NCBI RefSeq assembly: GCF_001644705.1
Contig: NZ_CP015137.1
Location: 4,710,001 to 4,742,000 of the forward strand
Source of the DNA: Dickeya solani IPO 2222
GTDB lineage: Bacteria; Pseudomonadota; Gammaproteobacteria; Enterobacterales; Enterobacteriaceae
Reading direction: 5' to 3'
DNA length: 32,000 nt
This document shows positions 28,278 to 32,000 of the stretch, in pieces (within the stretch, counting starts at the first letter, position 1; every line of letters begins with the position of its first letter). The notes beneath the pieces were generated by a model. The model was not told the DNA's origin. It did not search any database and saw only the letters and a program-made list of their open reading frames with translations. The position numbers and the translations under genes were made by a program.

Positions 28278-28306
28278 AAGGCGGGCAGCCAGGCTGCCCG
28301 CCTTTT
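28278..28306 (+). terminator. mntP rho-independent terminator (shared gap with convergent rlmA)
   Basis: AAGGCGGGCAG (28278-28288) pairs with CTGCCCGCCTT (28294-28304), giving an 11-bp stem, followed by a T-run (28303-28306). Confidence 0.8.
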
Positions 28307-28308
28307 GT

Positions 28309-29136
28309 TCACCCATCGCGGCGATGAAAACGAATCAAAAAATCGGTTTCACACTCGAACTGCACTTCCGCCATCAGCCCTTCACTCACGTCCGGCGTGG
28401 CTCGCCAGGCGAACGGCGTCATCTGTAGCAGACTGGCGGCATCCGCTCCCGTCATGGTCATGCGATACTGCAACCGTTCAACCGTTTCCAACACAAACCC
28501 CGGAAACACTTCGTCTATGTCAGGGTGTGGCTTGACCTCCTGATACACCCGCGCCTTAAGGGACAGCAAATGATTGGGTCCCGGAGAAACCGTCATCAGC
28601 CCGCCGCCAGGCCGGATGACTCGCGCCAGCTCATCACCGTTACAGGGCGCGTAGATTTTCAGTACCGCAGCCAGAGAATGGTCCTGAAAAGGCAGCCGCT
28701 GACTGGACGCTACACAGAACATCACCTGGGCATAACGCTTCGCCGCACGCTGTATCGCTGCCTTGGAGACATCCAGCCCATAAACCGCCATTCCCTGCGG
28801 CGTCAGTTTGTCCGCCAGCGCGGCTGTGTAATACCCTTCCCCACATCCGATATCCAGCAGTGCGCCCGGTTGCATCTGCAGGCGAGCGGCAAGTTGCTCC
28901 GATACCCGATCCCGTAATGGCTGATAGTGCCCATTATCAAGAAACGCCCGTCTGGCCTGCATCATTTCGGCGCTGTCTCCCGGTTGTCTGGAGCGTTTAA
29001 ACTGCACCGGCAGCAAATTGACGTACCCTTCCCGCGCGCGATCAAAATGATGGCGTCCGCAGGACCATCGACCAGCTTCAACATTCAAGGGTTGATGACA
29101 CAGAGGGCATTGATAAGGCGCTGAAGATTTTTGCAT
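28309..29136 (-). CDS. rlmA: 23S rRNA (guanine745-N1)-methyltransferase RlmA (RrmA)
   Basis: The product is colinear with E. coli RlmA (CPLCHQPL Zn-finger, EGYVNLLPVQ.KRSR.PGDSAEMMQARRAFLD.GHYQPLRD, DIGCGEGYYT SAM motif, LLQMTPFAWRA). The track start at 29187 (GTG) lies inside the cspC terminator hairpin. The homologous start is ATG 29136 (MQKSSAPYQCPLC), giving 275 aa. Confidence 0.9.
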   Translation of the reverse strand: MQKSSAPYQCPLCHQPLNVEAGRWSCGRHHFDRAREGYVNLLPVQFKRSRQPGDSAEMMQARRAFLDNGHYQPLRDRVSEQLAARLQMQPGALLDIGCGEGYYTAALADKLTPQGMAVYGLDVSKAAIQRAAKRYAQVMFCVASSQRLPFQDHSLAAVLKIYAPCNGDELARVIRPGGGLMTVSPGPNHLLSLKARVYQEVKPHPDIDEVFPGFVLETVERLQYRMTMTGADAASLLQMTPFAWRATPDVSEGLMAEVQFECETDFLIRFHRRDG

Positions 29137-29174
29137 AACACTCTTGATGATTTCGCGGATAACACCAGAAAAGC

Positions 29175-29199
29175 AAAAAACCCGCACAAGGCGGGTTTT
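29175..29199 (-). terminator. cspC rho-independent terminator
   Basis: On the minus-strand RNA, AACCCGC pairs with GCGGGUU around a 5-nt loop, followed by a U-run (plus-strand A-run 29175-29180). It lies 18 nt after the cspC stop. Confidence 0.8.
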
Positions 29200-29216
29200 A
29201 TGGCATGAGCTGAAAA

Positions 29217-29426
29217 TTACAGCGCAACAACGTTCACTGCAGAAGGACCTTTCTGGCCATCCTGAATTTCAAACTCAACATTCTGGCCTTCGGCTAAGGT
29301 TTTAAAGCCGTTGCCCTGAATTGCAGAGAAGTGTACGAACACGTCTTTGCTGCCATCAGCCGGAGTGATGAAACCGAAGCCTTTAGACTCGTTGAACCAC
29401 TTAACCTGACCTTTAATCTTTGCCAT
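29217..29426 (-). CDS. cspC: Cold-shock-domain protein CspC
   Basis: The 69-aa [72 protein letters not shown] differs from E. coli CspC at only a few C-terminal residues. Confidence 0.95.
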   Translation of the reverse strand: MAKIKGQVKWFNESKGFGFITPADGSKDVFVHFSAIQGNGFKTLAEGQNVEFEIQDGQKGPSAVNVVAL

Positions 29427-29465
29427 TTCAAAGTTTCCTTTAATAGTTTAAACCGCACAGAGGCG

Positions 29466-29582
29466 TTATACAGAAAAACCAGAGTCGTTACTGCTTGAGG
29501 CACTAAAATAAGGATCGGCAGAGAAGTGGTATTCAACGCTAACGTTTGTACTCAAGACTTCTTTACTGAAAATGCCATTCAT
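29466..29582 (-). CDS. yobF: Small protein YobF (38 aa), first gene of the yobF-cspC operon
   Basis: It is not in the ORF track because it is under 60 aa. The reverse complement of 29466-29582 reads ATG AAT GGC ATT TTC AGT AAA GAA GTC TTG ... GTA TAA, which translates [38 protein letters not shown]. The N-terminal half is colinear with E. coli YobF ([32 protein letters not shown]...), and the position directly upstream of cspC is the same. Confidence 0.75.
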   Translation of the reverse strand: MNGIFSKEVLSTNVSVEYHFSADPYFSASSSNDSGFSV

Positions 29583-29713
29583 ATACAGAACTGTACCTCG
29601 TTTTACCCAGATGCGTTATTACATACTCTGTAATCGTTGGCAAGCCATTTTTTGCCACCGATGGACACGTCGCACAAATTAGAGTCTTTAATGTATCATT
29701 AATATCCACTCTA

Positions 29714-29731
29714 CAATATCCCGGGATATTG
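29714..29731. promoter_or_regulatory. Perfect 18-bp palindrome CAATATCCCGGGATATTG upstream of yobF-cspC
   Basis: The sequence is exactly self-complementary (9+9). It lies 132-149 nt upstream of the yobF ATG. It is a candidate dimeric-regulator operator or leader hairpin, and I did not recognise the motif. Confidence 0.35.
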
Positions 29732-30090
29732 ACACGCTAAAGCGTTCTCTGCGGCACATCCAATCGTTTGATTATGTGCACGGTATTCCAATTACGCAAG
29801 TCGGCATGATTGACTTATTGCCAGTCACGCTATGCCATAACAAAACGATATTACCCCACTGGTCAGAGGATGTATCGATTGTCCAGCCACTGTTTATCAA
29901 AAATGTGATTAAGGCATTCTTTTTTCGGCCACTGATGATAAGAAAATCCTTTCATGACAAAGAGATGTAATGCATCGACTCCTGATAGTGACTATCCGGT
30001 CATATAATAATAATGAAACATAGCAAGTATACTCGTCCGTAACGTAGAACAGAGATAACATTATTTTTGCAAAAAAATGATTTGCCGATG

Positions 30091-30185
30091 ACTTTCCTTC
30101 GCCCCATTCCGGTTTTATTTCTGTTTTTTAGTTGCTAAAAAATGTTTATGCCACGCTTTCCGCTGCGCCATTGCCGCTTATTTCT
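30091..30185. repeat. Imperfect direct-repeat pair (about 33 bp, about 63-bp period) inside the AT-rich spacer
   Basis: 30091-30122 (ACTTTCCTTCGCCCCATTCCGGTTTTATTTCT) resembles 30152-30185 (CACGCTTTCCGCTGCGCCATTGCCGCTTATTTCT). The 3' 21-22 nt share 17 identities plus one 1-nt gap. The indels break any common reading frame, so the similarity is at DNA/RNA level. Confidence 0.6.
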
Positions 30186-30364
30186 CAATCCTTCAATTAT
30201 GTTACTGAGTTATATTATTTCCCCCTGAATACACGCCGTGATTCATCTATTGCGATCACATTTTATGCCTAACAAAAAATTAATCTGAGTCAACCATCAG
30301 GGCCTCTGCGCCAAATAACAAATGCCGGTCTGGGTCAAATCCGGCATCAACGTCCGTCATTCTC

Positions 30365-30387
30365 ACGGATATCGCATCCGTTTTTTT
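30365..30387 (+). terminator. Orphan rho-independent-terminator-like hairpin with no upstream gene
   Basis: ACGGAT (30365-30370) pairs with ATCCGT (30376-30381) around a 5-nt loop, followed by a run of 7 T in total (30381-30387). It is preceded by a second stem-loop, ATGCCGG (30322-30328) with CCGGCAT (30341-30347). No credible CDS ends upstream of it on the plus strand. Confidence 0.45.
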
Positions 30388-30575
30388 GACATCAACCGTG
30401 ACAACCCCGGCAGAGCGCGTTATTGTGTCCCTGCCGCCCCCTCCAATCACATCATATCCGGCGGCTCACACTTTTTTGAGGGAAGCCACCAGACATTACG
30501 GTTGTTGTGACGACCGCCCGCCTTCCCCCGTTTCGGCAACCCCGACAACGCTGTAGCTGTGCGCCAGATTCCGTT

Positions 30576-30603
30576 TTTACACTGCACAAATCGCTAATGT
30601 AAT
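30576..30603 (+). promoter_or_regulatory. Candidate sigma-70 promoter for yniA
   Basis: TTTACA (30576-30581), a 16-nt spacer, then TGTAAT (30598-30603). It lies about 30 nt upstream of the yniA ATG and downstream of the orphan terminator. This is a pattern match only. Confidence 0.3.
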
Positions 30604-30634
30604 GATAATCGGCAACATTAACGGGAGGTGACCT

Positions 30635-31492
30635 ATGTGGCAGACGATTGATCAACTGCTGGAAGAACATCTCGGCCCCGGTGATATTCTGGATCGGCGG
30701 GAATTACCTGGCGGCGAAGTGCACCCCACCTGGCATCTGCGTTATGGTCAGCATGATGTTTTCGTCAAATGCGATGCCCGCGAGTTACTGACCAAATTTC
30801 GCGCGGAAGCCGAGCAGTTGGAACTGCTGGCCCATAGCAAAACGGTGCAGGTACCGAGGGTATATGGCGTAGGCAGTAACCGCGATTACAGTTTCCTGCT
30901 GCTGGAATACCTCTCCCCTAAACCCGCTTCTGCTCACGATGCCTGGTGTCTGGGGCAACAATTGGCGCAATTGCACCAGTGGAGCGACCAGCCCCAGTTT
31001 GGCCTTGATTTCGACAACGATCTGTCCACTACGCCGCAACCCAACGCCTGGCAACGTCGCTGGTCCAGTTTTTTCGCGGAACAGCGTATTGGCTGGCAAC
31101 TGCAACTGGCTGCAGAGAAAGGGCTTCATTTCGGTGATATCGATACTCTGATCGCACGGGTGGAAAAGCGACTCTCGGGCCATCAACCTCAGCCGTCACT
31201 ACTGCACGGCGATCTGTGGTCCAACAATTGCCTCAATACCGACCACGGCTATTACCTGTTCGATCCGGCCTGTTATTGGGGCGATCGGGAATGCGATTTG
31301 GCGATGTTGCCGCTGCATGCCGAATTGCCGCCGCAAATCTACGACGGCTATCAGAGCGTCTGGTCGCTGGAAAAGGATTTTGTCGAGCGTCAGCCGATTT
31401 ACCAGATCTACTACCTGCTCAATCGCGCCAACCTGTTCGGCGGCAACCATGTGGTTACCGCCCAACAGGCGATAGAAAGTCAGTTGCTATGA
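30635..31492 (+). CDS. yniA: Fructosamine/ketosamine-3-kinase-family protein YniA
   Basis: The 285-aa ORF MWQTIDQLL...ELPGGEVH..WHLRY...FVKCD...QPQFGLDFDN.LSTTPQPN.WQRRWS.FFAEQRIGWQL.LAAEKG...SLLHGDLWS.N...FDPACYWGDRECDLAM is colinear with E. coli YniA. GGGAGG lies 6 nt upstream of the ATG. Confidence 0.93.
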   Translation: MWQTIDQLLEEHLGPGDILDRRELPGGEVHPTWHLRYGQHDVFVKCDARELLTKFRAEAEQLELLAHSKTVQVPRVYGVGSNRDYSFLLLEYLSPKPASAHDAWCLGQQLAQLHQWSDQPQFGLDFDNDLSTTPQPNAWQRRWSSFFAEQRIGWQLQLAAEKGLHFGDIDTLIARVEKRLSGHQPQPSLLHGDLWSNNCLNTDHGYYLFDPACYWGDRECDLAMLPLHAELPPQIYDGYQSVWSLEKDFVERQPIYQIYYLLNRANLFGGNHVVTAQQAIESQLL

Positions 31493-31508
31493 CGAAGAAC
31501 GACGCCGA

Positions 31509-31532
31509 TGCCGGGGCAACGCGGCCCCGGCA
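31509..31532. terminator. GC hairpin in the convergent yniA / yniB gap
   Basis: TGCCGGGGC (31509-31517) pairs with GCCCCGGCA (31524-31532), giving a 9-bp stem and 6-nt loop. There is no U-tract, so function is inferred from position. Confidence 0.45.
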
Positions 31533-31538
31533 CTGCCG

Positions 31539-32000
31539 TCAGGCCAGGATACCCACGGTTTTCAGCGTGAGATAACCGATCACGGCGACGACGACCGGCA
31601 GGATATACAAAGGAAAAAACTGTAGCAGAATAGTATGCCGGGGCAGCTCCACCCGTGACTCCAGTTCTTCACGGGTTTTGCCTTCATCGCCTTTGACCTT
31701 CTCCAGAATCAGCTGATCCTCCAGCCCTTCACGGATATGTTTGACCTGGCGAGACAGCCGAGAGCCAGAGACCTGCAGCGCCAGACCGACAAACATCAAC
31801 AGATAGATCAGCCAGAACATGACAGTGGCTGACGCCGACAGACGACCAAAATCAGGCACCGGCGAGTTGTACCAAAAAATGTTCAGGAATGGCGTATTAA
31901 AACGCAGCACTTCCACCACCAGATGCAAGAAATCCTGCATTACACCATTAATTCCCTGCTTCTTCTCGGTAAAGGCATGAATAAGATTGGACAGAGAGAT
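31539..32000 (-). CDS. yniB: Inner-membrane protein YniB, C-terminal ~153 codons; the start lies right of the window
   Basis: The track lists 31539..31940 from an internal Met, but the frame stays open to 32000. The extra 20 codons (ISLSNLIHAFTEKKQGINGV) continue the alignment with E. coli YniB (ISTLISLLKFMNTRQENKEGINAVMLDFTHVMIDMMQANTPFLNLFWYNSP...). Confidence 0.88.
   Translation of the reverse strand: MSLSNLIHAFTEKKQGINGVMQDFLHLVVEVLRFNTPFLNIFWYNSPVPDFGRLSASATVMFWLIYLLMFVGLALQVSGSRLSRQVKHIREGLEDQLILEKVKGDEGKTREELESRVELPRHTILLQFFPLYILPVVVAVIGYLTLKTVGILA

Noticed and set aside
29681-29705. dif-like string (TTTAATGTATCATTAATAT) recalling the TGTATA core of the XerCD site.
   Set aside because: The flanking arms do not match GGTGCGCATAA or TTATGTTAAAT, so the only resemblance is AT-richness.
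29776-30510. ORFs 29776..29970(+), 30322..30510(+) and 30452..30670(-), plus several 7-43-codon ORFs I translated by hand in the AT-rich spacer. Examples are minus-strand MKGFSYHQWPKKECLNHIFDKQWLDNRYIL and MGRRKVIGKSFFCKNNVISVLRYGRVYLLCFIIII.
   Set aside because: None has a well-placed SD or similarity to yebO, mgrB, yobH, kdgR or any small toxin family I know. 30322..30510 starts in a hairpin and crosses a T7 run. I kept them only as things to test with expression data.
1-32000. I searched the window for CRISPR arrays, tRNA/rRNA genes, IS elements or terminal inverted repeats, integrase or transposase genes, toxin-antitoxin pairs, and defence- or secretion-type clusters.
   Set aside because: I saw no regularly spaced repeats beyond the 2-3-copy duplications reported, no tRNA-like T-arm motifs, and no ORF with recombinase, nuclease or toxin signatures. 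All sizeable ORFs are accounted for by housekeeping orthologues. I therefore report no novel multi-gene system rather than inventing one.

Overview
This is a conserved core-chromosome segment of a mid/high-GC Enterobacterales genome. The proteins read as close orthologues of E. coli K-12 genes. It differs from K-12 in that minCDE abuts rnd-fadD and that ycgJ/ycgK, umuDC, yoaC and pdeD(yoaD) are absent, so it is probably not Escherichia or Salmonella; the genus cannot be fixed from sequence alone. I call 32 protein-coding genes (2 cut by the window edges) and 1 pseudogene. In order: dadA(partial) | ycgB | fadR | nhaB pseudogene | dsbB | ycgN ycgM ycgL | minC minD minE | rnd fadD yeaY tsaB yoaA | yoaB | yoaH | pabB nudL | sdaA | orphan methyl-accepting chemotaxis protein | yoaE | manX manY manZ yobD | Mn riboswitch + mntP | rlmA cspC yobF | about 1 kb ORF-free spacer | yniA | yniB(partial). 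I recognised no rRNA, tRNA, CRISPR, IS/transposase, integrase, prophage, toxin-antitoxin or defence-type genes. I do not see a novel multi-gene system: every ORF of credible coding quality has a well-known housekeeping orthologue. The items worth a second look are small-scale. (1) nhaB is a decayed pseudogene between intact fadR and dsbB. (2) An AT-rich ORF-free spacer at the yobF-cspC / yniA junction carries an orphan terminator-like hairpin (candidate sRNA or attenuator), an imperfect direct-repeat pair and an 18-bp perfect palindrome. (3) A yobF small ORF is missing from the ORF track. (4) Three separate short tandem duplications or arrays lie in intergenic regions. (5) A chemoreceptor gene occupies the slot where K-12 has pdeD. 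(6) There is a clear yybP-ykoY Mn riboswitch ahead of mntP and a terminator-like element in the yoaE leader. Many ORF-track starts are over-extended, because the track translates TTG/GTG as M, and I corrected them by homology and Shine-Dalgarno position. All homology statements rest on my recall of E. coli protein sequences, not on a database search.
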